Positions 9,993-21,870 of a stretch of DNA of 64,000 nt are shown piece by piece; within the stretch, counting starts at the first letter, position 1, and each line of letters begins with the position of its first letter. The DNA is from an uncultured Gammaproteobacteria bacterium (lineage in GTDB: Bacteria; Patescibacteriota; Microgenomatia; UBA8517): the NCBI GenBank assembly GCA_964627195.1, contig CAZVJU010000001.1, positions 9,066 through 73,065 on the forward strand, written 5' to 3'. Below the pieces are notes generated by a model. That model was given only the letters and a program-made list of their open reading frames with translations, had not been told where the DNA came from and did no database searches. The position numbers and the translations under genes are program-made.

Positions 9993-10442
9993 CTACTTTT
10001 TAAGCAAACTTTTTAAGAAATTTTTATATATATTATTTGAGGTAACAATTCCGACAAGTTCTCCATCATCTATTACAGGCAAACGGCGGATATCGTGAAT
10101 TAAGAGGAGGGAACATGCTGTCAGAATATTATCATCCGAACGAACCGAGATAATATTTTTAGACATTAGACTTCTTGCTTTCAACTTAACAATTCCGCGA
10201 GTTTCTTTTTCGAAGTTTTTGTGGTTCATATAGTAATCAACATTCTTATAAAAGTCATCTTGGGAAGGAAATAGTTTGTAAAAAAGATCTTTTTCTGAAA
10301 TTACTCCCACAACCTTTCCCCTTTTATTTACAATTGGAAGCCCGGAAATTCTTTTCTTGACAAGTAAACGAACGAGTTTAGAAAACTTTGTAGAGGAAGT
10401 GGCAGTTATAACTTTTTTGGTCATTATTTCTTTGACCAACAT
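9993..10442 (-). CDS. CBS domain pair protein
   Basis: Two CBS-like repeats (IMTKKVITA...GLPIVNKRGKVVGVISEKDL and LMSKNIISV...RLPVIDDGELVGIVTSNNI). Confidence 0.8.
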   Translation of the reverse strand: MLVKEIMTKKVITATSSTKFSKLVRLLVKKRISGLPIVNKRGKVVGVISEKDLFYKLFPSQDDFYKNVDYYMNHKNFEKETRGIVKLKARSLMSKNIISVRSDDNILTACSLLLIHDIRRLPVIDDGELVGIVTSNNIYKNFLKSLLKK

Positions 10443-10479
10443 AGGCTAAGTTTAAATCATGATGTCACAATTTTCAACC

Positions 10480-10893
10480 TCAAAATATTTTCTTTTTTCT
10501 TCGTCGGACAAGTGTTAAGTCAAACAAACTTTTTCTAAGGGAATACATTGCTCTTACCTTTTCTTCACCTTTAATTCCTTTTGCGATCAACTCCTCAGCC
10601 ATCCTTTTGGCAACGAGAACCTTTTCTTCAGAAATTTCGTCAGCAAATGCCACATCTTCGATGAGGAGACGGCCGCGACCGTGAGAGAAGGAAAAGACAC
10701 CTTTGCCAATTGATAAATTTAATATTTTGTCCGGGGTATCAATAACTACTTCGCCAACCGTAAGAGGAGCCACAATCGGCATGTGGCGAGCTAGAACTGT
10801 CATTTCCCCTTCAGTTGAGGGAAGAGTGACACTCGCAACCTCACCGGAGTAAATACTTCCTGTAAGGCTTACTATATCAATATGGTAATTCAT
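10480..10893 (-). CDS. atpC: F1 ATP synthase epsilon subunit
   Basis: Its position directly after atpD and a typical N-terminal beta-sandwich sequence (VSLTGSIYSGEVASVTLPSTEGEMTVLARHMP). It ends in TGA. Confidence 0.85.
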   Translation of the reverse strand: MNYHIDIVSLTGSIYSGEVASVTLPSTEGEMTVLARHMPIVAPLTVGEVVIDTPDKILNLSIGKGVFSFSHGRGRLLIEDVAFADEISEEKVLVAKRMAEELIAKGIKGEEKVRAMYSLRKSLFDLTLVRRRKKKIF

Positions 10894-10902
10894 GGGGGAA
10901 TG

Positions 10903-13190
<2,288 letters not shown>

Positions 13191-13198
<8 letters not shown>

Positions 13199-14678
13199 TT
13201 TCCCTCCCTTCAACCAGATGCGTTTTACTAAAATCTGCTTTAAATTCAGAAATTGCTTGTACTAATTTCTTTTCCAGATTGTCATCAATTTCCTTGTATT
13301 TCTCTATCTCCTCAGGCAGATCCTTATACTTTTTATACAAAAATGCCAGAAAATTTTTTTCAAACTCCCTGATCAATTCGGGAGAGAAGTCATCAAGTGC
13401 GCCGCTTGTGGCAAGATAAATTACCAGAACTTCGTCTTGGACCGGGTAAGGAGAATACTGTTCCTGTTTTAAAATTTCAACAATTCGCTTGCCTCTTTCA
13501 ATCTTGTCGCGCGTTACCGCATCCAAATCGGTTGCAAATTGGGCGAACGTTGCAAGTTCGTTGTATTGAGAAAGATCCAAGCGGAGCCTTCCTGCTGTTT
13601 TTTTCATTGCCTTAATTTGTGCGGCACCACCGATTCTGGAAACAGAAAGGCCGACATTAAGAGCAGGCCTTATGCCTGCAAAAAAAAGATCGCTCTCTAA
13701 ATAAATCTGCCCGTCGGTAATTGAAATAACATTGGTTGGAATATAGGCTGAAACATCTTGTGCCTGGGTTTCAATAATGGGAAGGGCCGTCAAACTTCCA
13801 CCACCGTTTTCATCCGACAATTGGCATGCCCGCTCCAGTAGTCTCGAGTGAAGATAAAAGACATCCCCGGGATAGGCCTCACGGCCAGTTGGTCTTTTGA
13901 GAAGAAGCGACATTTCCCTATATGCCCAAGCATGCTTTGTCAAATCATCAAATATGAGAAGTGCGTGTTTCCCCTTTTCCATAAAGTACTCCCCTATGGC
14001 ACAGCCAGCATAAGGAGCCAAGTATCTCATTGCATAACTGTCTGATGAAGAAGCGGCAACAATTATCACTTTGTCAAATACGCCGTATTCCTTAAGTTTT
14101 TTGATAACCTCCGCGTCTTTTGCCCGTTTTTGGCCAATTGAGACATAGATTGAAATTACATCTGAGTTTTTTTGATTAATAATCGTATCAATTGCAACTG
14201 CAGTTTTACCGGTTTGCCTATCACCGATAATTAACTCCCGCTGCCCACGACCTATCGGAATCATTGAGTCGATTGCTTTAATACCCGTCTGAAGCGGAGT
14301 GTCAACCGGCTTTCTTTCAACGATACCTGGAGCAATTTTCTCAATGGGCATGGGAGTTGTCCTTTTGAATTCTCCCCCTTCATCAATAGACGCACCCAGT
14401 GGATTAATCACCCTCCCCAGCATTTCTTCACTCACACCTATTTCCATTAACCTCCCGGTTGTTTCTACATTATCCCCCAACATTAGTGACTCATAATCTC
14501 CCAAAACTATTGAGGCCACCTTTTCTTCCTCCAGATTAAGAGCAAAACCAAAAATACCCTTGCCAAAATCGATAAGCTCCCCGTACATCACGTCTTTGAT
14601 ACCGGATATCCAAACCACGCCATCAGCAAGCGCTATAATTTTACCGGTTTTACCGGCATCGTTATTGTTATTAGTCAT
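13191..14678 (-). CDS. atpA: F1 ATP synthase alpha subunit
   Basis: P-loop GDRQTGKTA and alpha-type conserved blocks ([25 protein letters not shown]). Confidence 0.97.
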
Positions 14679-14746
14679 TTTTAATTTCCATACACCAAAA
14701 GTGAACTCCTTTCTTCAACCCCGAGGATCATTCCTATTCGAACTTT

Positions 14747-15115
14747 CTATAGATTATCTTTTTTCTGATCCCGTTCGATCTGGCGTCTTGTCCCCTGAAG
14801 GATTTCCTTGCTTTCCCTATTTGCCTTATCAATAATTTTTCTTTTTCCAGCTTCGGCTTCTCTTTTTGCGTTTTTGAGAATTTCTTCTTTTTCCTTAAGT
14901 GTATCGGCCAGTATTTTCTTTTCCTTAAGTACTAATTCCAATTTAGCTTTCTCAATCACACCTTTCTCCTTTTCATTTGCCTCTAACTCTTCTCTCCTTT
15001 TTTTTATAGATTCGAGAACGGGTTTATACAAAACTTTTTTGAGAATAAAAAGCAGAAGCCCAAAATTGACAATCTGGACTAGTATCAACTTTAAGTCGAT
15101 TCCTAATTTTTCCAT
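14747..15115 (-). CDS. atpF: Fo ATP synthase b subunit (short, 122 aa)
   Basis: A single N-terminal TM (ILVQIVNFGLLLFILKKVLYKP) followed by a charged coiled-coil. It lies between atpE and atpA. Confidence 0.8.
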   Translation of the reverse strand: MEKLGIDLKLILVQIVNFGLLLFILKKVLYKPVLESIKKRREELEANEKEKGVIEKAKLELVLKEKKILADTLKEKEEILKNAKREAEAGKRKIIDKANRESKEILQGTRRQIERDQKKDNL

Positions 15116-15121
15116 AAAGAC

Positions 15122-15382
<261 letters not shown>

Positions 15383-15429
15383 TCATGGGGTCCCGTGAGA
15401 TGACAAAGTCTATCTCACTAGGACCTTTC

Positions 15430-16182
15430 TTATTCATGGTGTCCTTCGGTTGCCACCACTATGAAAATTGTCGTTAACATGGTAAATACAAGAGCCTGAA
15501 TAAATCCGACAAAAACTTCCAGAGCCAAAAAAGGAACAGGAACTAAAACCGGAATCAAGAAAACCATTACTGCCAAAAGCACTTCACCTGCAAAGATATT
15601 ACCGAAAAGCCTGAATGAAAATGATAATATTTTTGCAAACTCTGAGATAATCTCCAAAATTCCCACAAAAAACTTTATCGGATTTTTCAGGTTTATAAAT
15701 CTGGCAATATAATTTTTGATCCCGAGAGTTTTAATACTTAAGTATTGTGTAATGCTCACGGAAATTAAGGCCAAAGCTAATGTTGTATTAAGGTCAGCAT
15801 TGGGACCGCGAAAAAATGGCACGAATACTTTACCATGCTCTCCCTGGTCGTAAAATCCAATGGAACCAACGCCTGGTAAAAGTCCTATCCAATTCCCAAC
15901 AATTATGAAAAGAAAAAAGGTAAAAAGAAGAGGAAATAATTCATCCACCCGCTCTCCCGCGATATTTTTAAAAAAGGAGTAAAAGCCTTCGACTATCATC
16001 TCGGTAACTACAAAAAGTGATCCTTTTTTCTTCCCCGGTTTAGCTTTCTGATTCCTGACTTTAAGAGCGAAGATCAGTAAAATCGCCATTACTATGAGGC
16101 TTGTCAATAAAGAATTTGTTACAGCAAACCCGCCGATATGAGCTATTTTTTCAGGGGCAACAGAAATATGTAATTCACCCAT
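15430..16182 (-). CDS. atpB: Fo ATP synthase a subunit
   Basis: The conserved stator Arg region FSFRLFGNIFAGE. I prefer the internal Met (MGELHISV) at 16182, which abuts the upstream stop. Confidence 0.9.
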   Translation of the reverse strand: MGELHISVAPEKIAHIGGFAVTNSLLTSLIVMAILLIFALKVRNQKAKPGKKKGSLFVVTEMIVEGFYSFFKNIAGERVDELFPLLFTFFLFIIVGNWIGLLPGVGSIGFYDQGEHGKVFVPFFRGPNADLNTTLALALISVSITQYLSIKTLGIKNYIARFINLKNPIKFFVGILEIISEFAKILSFSFRLFGNIFAGEVLLAVMVFLIPVLVPVPFLALEVFVGFIQALVFTMLTTIFIVVATEGHHE

Positions 16183-16183
16183 T

Positions 16184-16438
16184 TTATTTGGTCTCCTTTT
16201 TAATTCTTGTAGCTTGATAAATTCCACCTAGAACTCCGGAGATAATACCTGCAATTATAAAAAGAGGGGTCGTTCCAAATTTTTTGTCTGCCCAAACACC
16301 AAGTAACAAAAGGACTATTGGAAAAAATACCAATGAAAAACTAATTCTACTGGCCTCGTAAAATGCTTCAGATAAAGTTCTGAAACCCTTATTGCTTTTG
16401 TTCTTTTGACCAACTTGAACTACTTCCTTTTTAACCAT
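16184..16438 (-). CDS. AtpZ/AtpI-like small membrane protein
   Basis: Two TM helices with the GVWADKKFGTTPLFIIAGIISGVLGG pattern. It is the first gene of the atp operon. The start is uncertain: 16438 is preferred over 16501. Confidence 0.65.
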   Translation of the reverse strand: MVKKEVVQVGQKNKSNKGFRTLSEAFYEASRISFSLVFFPIVLLLLGVWADKKFGTTPLFIIAGIISGVLGGIYQATRIKKETK

Positions 16439-16613
16439 AACAATAAATGTTTGCTTCGGTGAAAAACGAAAAGAAGCACCTATTAAAAATAAAGATCCCA
16501 CTATACCGAAGTGAGAATTCTTAGCTACTTTTCAACTGATTTTAACTTGGAGATTTAAAATAGTCAACAAAACGCTACAGGCTCAGTCTGTCTTGCGCTT
16601 TATCTTGAAGTAA

Positions 16614-18080
16614 TTAACCAGACAAATTTCTCCAACCAAAGGGTGAAATCGGTTTGATATCTTCGTGAGTACTATCGTAACTGTGCACAATTTGCTTGTC
16701 TGGCCCTGCGCTCGGATCTACACACATGACTGTGCTATAAAGAAAGTTATCATTTCTTATTGTTTGTAATGTTTCTTTCCACCCCCCAAGTGCCTCCACT
16801 GCGGACTGTGAAAACATCACAGCAGGTCCTCTCGGAATATTCCTAAACTTCGAATCTTTAATTCTAACTAGGGCCGTATCACGAAGTTTAGTACCACGCC
16901 CAACGGCTACACCTCTTAATGTAGGGTATCTCTGATGATAGAGCGGATTAGCCTCAATATTTACTCCTGATTCCCTTTTCATTCGCGTGCTTTGATGTCC
17001 TGGCCCAACCAATTCGTAAATACCAGATAAGTTGGCAGCTATCTTTCTCAATATGTGTGGTTCCATAAGATAAATAAGCGAAGCTGATGCATTTGCTAAT
17101 TGTTCCTGCCTACCCCAACAAGGTGTCATATTTCGAAGGACTTGGGTACAATTTTGTAAAAAGGCAGCAAATTGTGCATCTTTAGGTGTTCCCACAAATA
17201 GTATTCCTACGTTATGGACATACGAATTTTCCCGAGTACGTTCCGCATCCGCCAATGAATGATTTGTTGTCCTATTTAAACTCCACGCTTTTTCTGCTAA
17301 TCCTTCTTCTAGGGCGCTAGCATAAGGAAAATTATCATCAACACACTGGGTCTCATAACCAATTTCTAATCCTTGTTTTGTTAGACAATCAGTTAATTCT
17401 TCCCTAGTAAAGCTTGTGAGAACTAATTTCTTATGCTCGTCTTTTTCCACACCTATTAATAATCCTCCGCGTAGATCAATAAAATGTTTTAACTTCCCTG
17501 CTTCCGGTCTGTCGTCATACAGCGCTCTGTTTGAATTCAAGATGAGAGTTGTTAAAGCACTTTCAAAATTTAACCCCTCTCCGCCGCATTGGCAATGTCC
17601 CATGGAAAAGTTCATTCGAACCATTTTATCCTGACTAATTGAAACTGCAGAGTCTCTTTCTTCTCGGACAATTCTTTCTGATATCCTCCTAGCTAATACT
17701 TCAGAGGCAACCTCTGGACTCAGACCCCACTCACTTCTAGGAAGTGTAATATTAGGTTCTTTGAGAAGAAATTCAAGAGCAGAATCCCATAAATTGCCGT
17801 GTCCGTGAACTAAAACAACCCCATTGTCGCTAACCTGTCGGGCAAGCGCTATTTGGTCTTCATAGGACGGAACTCCGGATGGTATTTTCAGCAAACGGCC
17901 TTCAGCCATCAAACGAGCTTGATCACCGGTATAAGGCATTTCCCTACTTTCTTGAAAAGACCTAATACACTCATTTGCAACCTGTAAGTGAAAATCCAGA
18001 CGATCGCTAGCATATATAATTCTCCCGAATTGATCACTTGGTTCAGAGTCTTTACTTTCTGTTTCGAATAATCTTTCCAT
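16614..18080 (-). CDS. Hypothetical protein (488 aa), with a possible alpha/beta-hydrolase-like N-terminal half
   Basis: Long ORF with non-membrane, non-repetitive composition. VVLVHGHGNLW (HG oxyanion-like) lies about 65 aa before NFSMGHCQCGG (nucleophile-elbow-like). I recognise no other family signature. Confidence 0.55.
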   Translation of the reverse strand: MERLFETESKDSEPSDQFGRIIYASDRLDFHLQVANECIRSFQESREMPYTGDQARLMAEGRLLKIPSGVPSYEDQIALARQVSDNGVVLVHGHGNLWDSALEFLLKEPNITLPRSEWGLSPEVASEVLARRISERIVREERDSAVSISQDKMVRMNFSMGHCQCGGEGLNFESALTTLILNSNRALYDDRPEAGKLKHFIDLRGGLLIGVEKDEHKKLVLTSFTREELTDCLTKQGLEIGYETQCVDDNFPYASALEEGLAEKAWSLNRTTNHSLADAERTRENSYVHNVGILFVGTPKDAQFAAFLQNCTQVLRNMTPCWGRQEQLANASASLIYLMEPHILRKIAANLSGIYELVGPGHQSTRMKRESGVNIEANPLYHQRYPTLRGVAVGRGTKLRDTALVRIKDSKFRNIPRGPAVMFSQSAVEALGGWKETLQTIRNDNFLYSTVMCVDPSAGPDKQIVHSYDSTHEDIKPISPFGWRNLSG

Positions 18081-18121
18081 ATTTATGATCTATCAAACAA
18101 AAACGATATGATATCACACCT

Positions 18122-18823
18122 TTATTCAGTAGAGCTAGGATCTATTCGTTGGGCAACATCAATATGCCATACATCCCCATTCCACATTCCTGTTGTTCCA
18201 TCTTTAACCAGGCTGAGAGGATACAACTGTGAATTATTTTCATATAACCCGTTCACTCTAAGCAAATATGTTTCTCCGAGAGAAAGGCCTTTCTTCTCTT
18301 GTTCATCACTGCTAAAGCGTAAAGCAAGCGGAGTTAACTCCGATTCTTCACCAATAATAAATGGAGTGACCTGCCCCCACGCAGGTTCTTCGGCAACCCT
18401 TCTAATCAATTCAGTGTAGATTCTATAAAACCCATAGTCAGGATATACTCCGTCCGCGCTTTTAACATTTAACCTTACCTGCAATTCAAAAGCTTGTCCT
18501 ATCGAAGCTAGAATAGCTTCAATTTCGTCGTTAGTTTGTGTTTCTGCAATCAGGTAATTTCCCCATATCTGTCGTCTTTTAGTTTCAGGATAATAACTAC
18601 CTACAGAAAGATGCTCGATAGTAAACTTACTTCCAGTAATTTCGCTTAACTCTTTAGCTGCTAACTTTTGGTTTTCAGTTATTGGTTCGGGACTGGCTTC
18701 AACTTCAGGAATTTTTTCTTTAGGTACACATGCGGCTAAAACTGCACCGGCTGCGGTTAAACCTGCTAATCTTAAAAAGTCCCGCCGTGATAATTTTCTT
18801 TTATCTGAAATTCTTTCGACCAT
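18122..18823 (-). CDS. Hypothetical secreted lipoprotein with a twin-arginine signal
   Basis: N-terminus KLSRRDFLRLAGLTAAGAVLAAC combines the Tat motif SRRxFL with a lipobox LAAC. Confidence 0.7.
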   Translation of the reverse strand: MVERISDKRKLSRRDFLRLAGLTAAGAVLAACVPKEKIPEVEASPEPITENQKLAAKELSEITGSKFTIEHLSVGSYYPETKRRQIWGNYLIAETQTNDEIEAILASIGQAFELQVRLNVKSADGVYPDYGFYRIYTELIRRVAEEPAWGQVTPFIIGEESELTPLALRFSSDEQEKKGLSLGETYLLRVNGLYENNSQLYPLSLVKDGTTGMWNGDVWHIDVAQRIDPSSTE

Positions 18824-18901
18824 AGTAATTCTAAAAGATGAAGTATTATCCTATAGGAGTATCATTTGTGCTTGATAAAATTCTGACAAATTCCTGACAG
18901 A

Positions 18902-19885
18902 CTACTTTTCTTGAAGAATAAATCCTTGTCCCTTTTTGGTAAGGATTTTGTGGGGGGACTTTGCTTTCCTTATTTTTTCTCTGATTCGGTGAATTACCTG
19001 ATCAATTGCCCAATCAGAGTACTTCTCTTCCGTATTGTTTTTCCAAATAATCTCTGCAACAATATCCCGGGTAACAATTTCGCCCTTTCTTGACTGCAAA
19101 AGATTCCAAATCTCCAGTTCCTGCGAAGTAAAAAGAAGAAGAATACCCTTGGACCCCTTCTTATATCTCTCCAGAAGAGAAGACTTCAGAGTAAACAAAC
19201 TAACATCAATATCTTTTGAATCTTTCACTAGTGCATCTAACCTAGCGATTATGGAAGGGTTACTGATAAGAACTGATTCAGTCAAAGAAAGGCGATGATC
19301 TGTGCGTAAAAGTAAATAAAGTGACTTTATCAAGCCAACATGTCCACCGCTTAAGCCATGGATTTTTATAATTTGATTTTTTGAAGGCAGGTACTGAAAC
19401 CTTCTTTCAAAATCGGTCATTAATACGTTCGTATCATTTAAATCAGCGGGAGGCAGAACCTTCAGGGATCTATAAAGGCCTTTCTTTTTAGAATGTAATG
19501 CTTCTGATATCGATTTAAAATAAGAGAAGGTAATAAAGTTAAAAGAAACTCCATATTTCATTCTTAGCTTTTCGAGTTCATCATAAACCCAAGATACGTC
19601 GTTTTCGGTCGAAATATTTAAAACACAAAGTAGTGGTTTTACTTGGGATTTTATTTTTTTAACAAACTTTTTTGCTTCATCTTCCGTTACAACTTGATCG
19701 GCAAGTAATGGCGTATCTGGCAGTAACTTTTTAACTCTTTCAATTAAAGTTTTGTAGATTATATCTTTTCCGTTACCGCTCAAGGTAACAACACTTGCTG
19801 GTTCAGAAATAGATAGTCTATCGAGACAAAATTCTAGTGCCTTTTTATCTCTTGGCATACAAAGAACAGGCTCGTTTTTTTTCAT
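18902..19885 (-). CDS. Transcriptional regulator with a C-terminal OmpR/PhoB-type winged helix and an N-terminal degenerate NTPase-like domain
   Basis: The C-terminus LFTSQELEIWNLLQSRKGEIVTRDIVAEIIW...DQVIHRIREKIRK...ILTKKGQGFIL matches the Trans_reg_C pattern. The N-terminus has no receiver Asp pocket. TLSGNGKD is a degraded P-loop. Confidence 0.7.
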   Translation of the reverse strand: MKKNEPVLCMPRDKKALEFCLDRLSISEPASVVTLSGNGKDIIYKTLIERVKKLLPDTPLLADQVVTEDEAKKFVKKIKSQVKPLLCVLNISTENDVSWVYDELEKLRMKYGVSFNFITFSYFKSISEALHSKKKGLYRSLKVLPPADLNDTNVLMTDFERRFQYLPSKNQIIKIHGLSGGHVGLIKSLYLLLRTDHRLSLTESVLISNPSIIARLDALVKDSKDIDVSLFTLKSSLLERYKKGSKGILLLFTSQELEIWNLLQSRKGEIVTRDIVAEIIWKNNTEEKYSDWAIDQVIHRIREKIRKAKSPHKILTKKGQGFILQEK

Positions 19886-19938
19886 ATTTAAATCCTATAA
19901 TTGTTTATTTCGAACACAATATATTATACACTATAGGT

Positions 19939-21363
19939 ATGAAAGATCGACTATCTCGCGTTCCGTCAAATATACACCAAAGATCGCCTGTAATAGCCAG
20001 AGAACCGGAAGGTGTTGACGTTTTGTACTATCAATCCTTGGAAACTTTTAAGAAAAATTTACATATCCATATTCAGGATTGCGAACTTAGCAGTCAAGTG
20101 ATGCTCACTGAAAATGAAAAAGCGTGGCTGACAAGATTTGCTGAAACAGCATTTTTACTAGAGCATACTATCGGAGATGATAAACATGACAACGAACTTG
20201 CTTCCTGGGCGTGTTTGTATGCAATAAATGAAGCATTCGAAGCGAAAAATCTTAATACATCAATAGAGGTGCCCTCAAGCGAACCATTAAAAGCTGCGAA
20301 CGGCCCATATCCGCATCAAGTGATTAGTAATATTGATTATGCAAGAGAGGTTCTGATGGATTCGGAACGTGATTTCTCTGAAATAACACGATTAGATTCT
20401 TATCTTCCCAACGTTATTCCTTTATATATAGTAGCTCGATATCTTACATACAAACAAAGGTATCCAAAAATTGAAGGTGACTTATCTCATTCTGCCTTTA
20501 TGCAGGAATTTGGCAGGGTTGCAGAAGCGATGATGATTTCAGAAAATCCTGACGTTTTTTTTGATACAGACAGTATTAAGGCGAGAGCCTACTGGAGTAA
20601 AATGTCGGTTCTTACAATGGATTATTGGTTGAGAGAACGGATGTTTCCTGCATTCGTTTTTGGAAACTGGGCGTTAAATGAAGTTACAAATTCCTCAGAT
20701 TATCCTACTCGCTGGCAAAAGTCAGCAAGTTTAAAACTATCCGATTTCTCAACAACAATTTCGGAAGAACGTGTTATCGATTTCACCGTTGTACCCAAAG
20801 GAGTGATGGGAGTTCTGCAAAGAGCGCTAAATGAAGAGGTTGCGTTCAAACAAGTTAAAAAAGTTTCCGGAAGTCCTGAAACAGATAGTAGATATAGAGT
20901 CCAAATGTTGGCAGAAATAGTAGACAGATATCTCGGAAGTAATGAGAATGATACCGATGAAGAAATTTTATTACAGGTACTTCAAAAAATAGCTAATCTT
21001 CATGATCTTTATAGAGCGAGGGTCATTATCCCGAATGAAAGCTTAAAAGAAGTTGTCTCCGGGTTAGTTGGGGAGGGAAAAGAAGTACTAATTTATTTGG
21101 AAAGAAATGTGAAAGGAAACTCAGAAAAAAGGATTGTAAACATAACCAGTCAAAATTGTGAAGTAGTAGACCCTGAGGATATAGTCAGAAAGTGGCAAGA
21201 AGAGTCGCGTACTCGTGGAGCAATAAGCACGTATGCTGTTGCAAAAATAGTCAGTCAGATAGATGGGGTTAATTCTGAACTTCAAATAATGCGGTTGTCA
21301 GACACCTATGATAACTGGGCGTCAAGAAGGGTTTACAAATCTTTACCCAAAAACACAAATTGA
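19939..21363 (+). CDS. Hypothetical protein (about 475 aa)
   Basis: Long soluble ORF. I prefer the Met at 19939 (MKDRLSRV), because the track start at 19837 overlaps the divergent regulator gene. I recognise no family motif. Confidence 0.6.
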   Translation: MKDRLSRVPSNIHQRSPVIAREPEGVDVLYYQSLETFKKNLHIHIQDCELSSQVMLTENEKAWLTRFAETAFLLEHTIGDDKHDNELASWACLYAINEAFEAKNLNTSIEVPSSEPLKAANGPYPHQVISNIDYAREVLMDSERDFSEITRLDSYLPNVIPLYIVARYLTYKQRYPKIEGDLSHSAFMQEFGRVAEAMMISENPDVFFDTDSIKARAYWSKMSVLTMDYWLRERMFPAFVFGNWALNEVTNSSDYPTRWQKSASLKLSDFSTTISEERVIDFTVVPKGVMGVLQRALNEEVAFKQVKKVSGSPETDSRYRVQMLAEIVDRYLGSNENDTDEEILLQVLQKIANLHDLYRARVIIPNESLKEVVSGLVGEGKEVLIYLERNVKGNSEKRIVNITSQNCEVVDPEDIVRKWQEESRTRGAISTYAVAKIVSQIDGVNSELQIMRLSDTYDNWASRRVYKSLPKNTN

Positions 21364-21402
21364 TTAACCATACTTCTGGTTGTATTATAAGTTTTATCTA
21401 AC

Positions 21403-21765
21403 ATGGCACATATATGTGACGCAATTGTTGTAACCTGCATAGATTTCCGATTCCAGAAGTACATCCGTGAATGGACTGACCAAAATTTGAAAGATAAAAC
21501 ATTTGACCTTATGGGATTTGCGGGAAGCACAAAAGATTTGGAAACTGTTTTGAAACAAATTGATATTTCTGTAAGGCTTCACCATATTAAGGAAGTTTAT
21601 TTAATACATCACGAAGAATGCGGGGCATATGGAGAGGAAAGTACTCCTGAAAGACACGAGCAAGATCTCAAAAAAGCAGAAAAAGAAGTTTTATCAAAAT
21701 ATCCTCATTTGAATGTAACCCTCTACTATCTTCATCTTGACGGAAGGTTTGAGTCTATTCAATAA
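21403..21765 (+). CDS. Minimal beta-carbonic-anhydrase-like protein (120 aa)
   Basis: C12-I-D-F-R16 (CxDxR) and H70-E-E-C73-G (HxxCG) are spaced about 58 aa apart. This mirrors the beta-CA zinc-ligand pattern, but the chain is much shorter than canonical beta-CAs. Confidence 0.5.
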   Translation: MAHICDAIVVTCIDFRFQKYIREWTDQNLKDKTFDLMGFAGSTKDLETVLKQIDISVRLHHIKEVYLIHHEECGAYGEESTPERHEQDLKKAEKEVLSKYPHLNVTLYYLHLDGRFESIQ

Positions 21766-21767
21766 CA

Positions 21768-21828
21768 TTCACACCAGGTGTGTGATCCAAATTTATATAT
21801 TTGAAAAAGAATCACACACCCGGTGTGG
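21768..21828 (+). repeat. CACACCSGGTGTG nested-palindrome element, copy A
   Basis: TTCACACCAGGTGTGTGATCCAAATTTATAT...GAATCACACACCCGGTGTGG. It is nearly identical to the reverse complement of 30120-30182. Confidence 0.85.
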
Positions 21829-21870
21829 AAAAGTTGTTTAAAAGCTTCAAACGTTATATCATTTTGACAA

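Noticed and set aside
10480-10482. Possible alternative genetic code (UGA recoded, as in some CPR lineages)
   Set aside because: TGA ends atpC, the NUDIX gene (5490) and pilC (34301) at positions where the next gene starts immediately and protein lengths are normal. The standard code fits.
19837-19938. N-terminal extension of the 508-aa ORF (track start 19837)
   Set aside because: It overlaps the divergent regulator's coding start and the promoter region. The Met at 19939 follows the AT-rich spacer and gives a sensible N-terminus.
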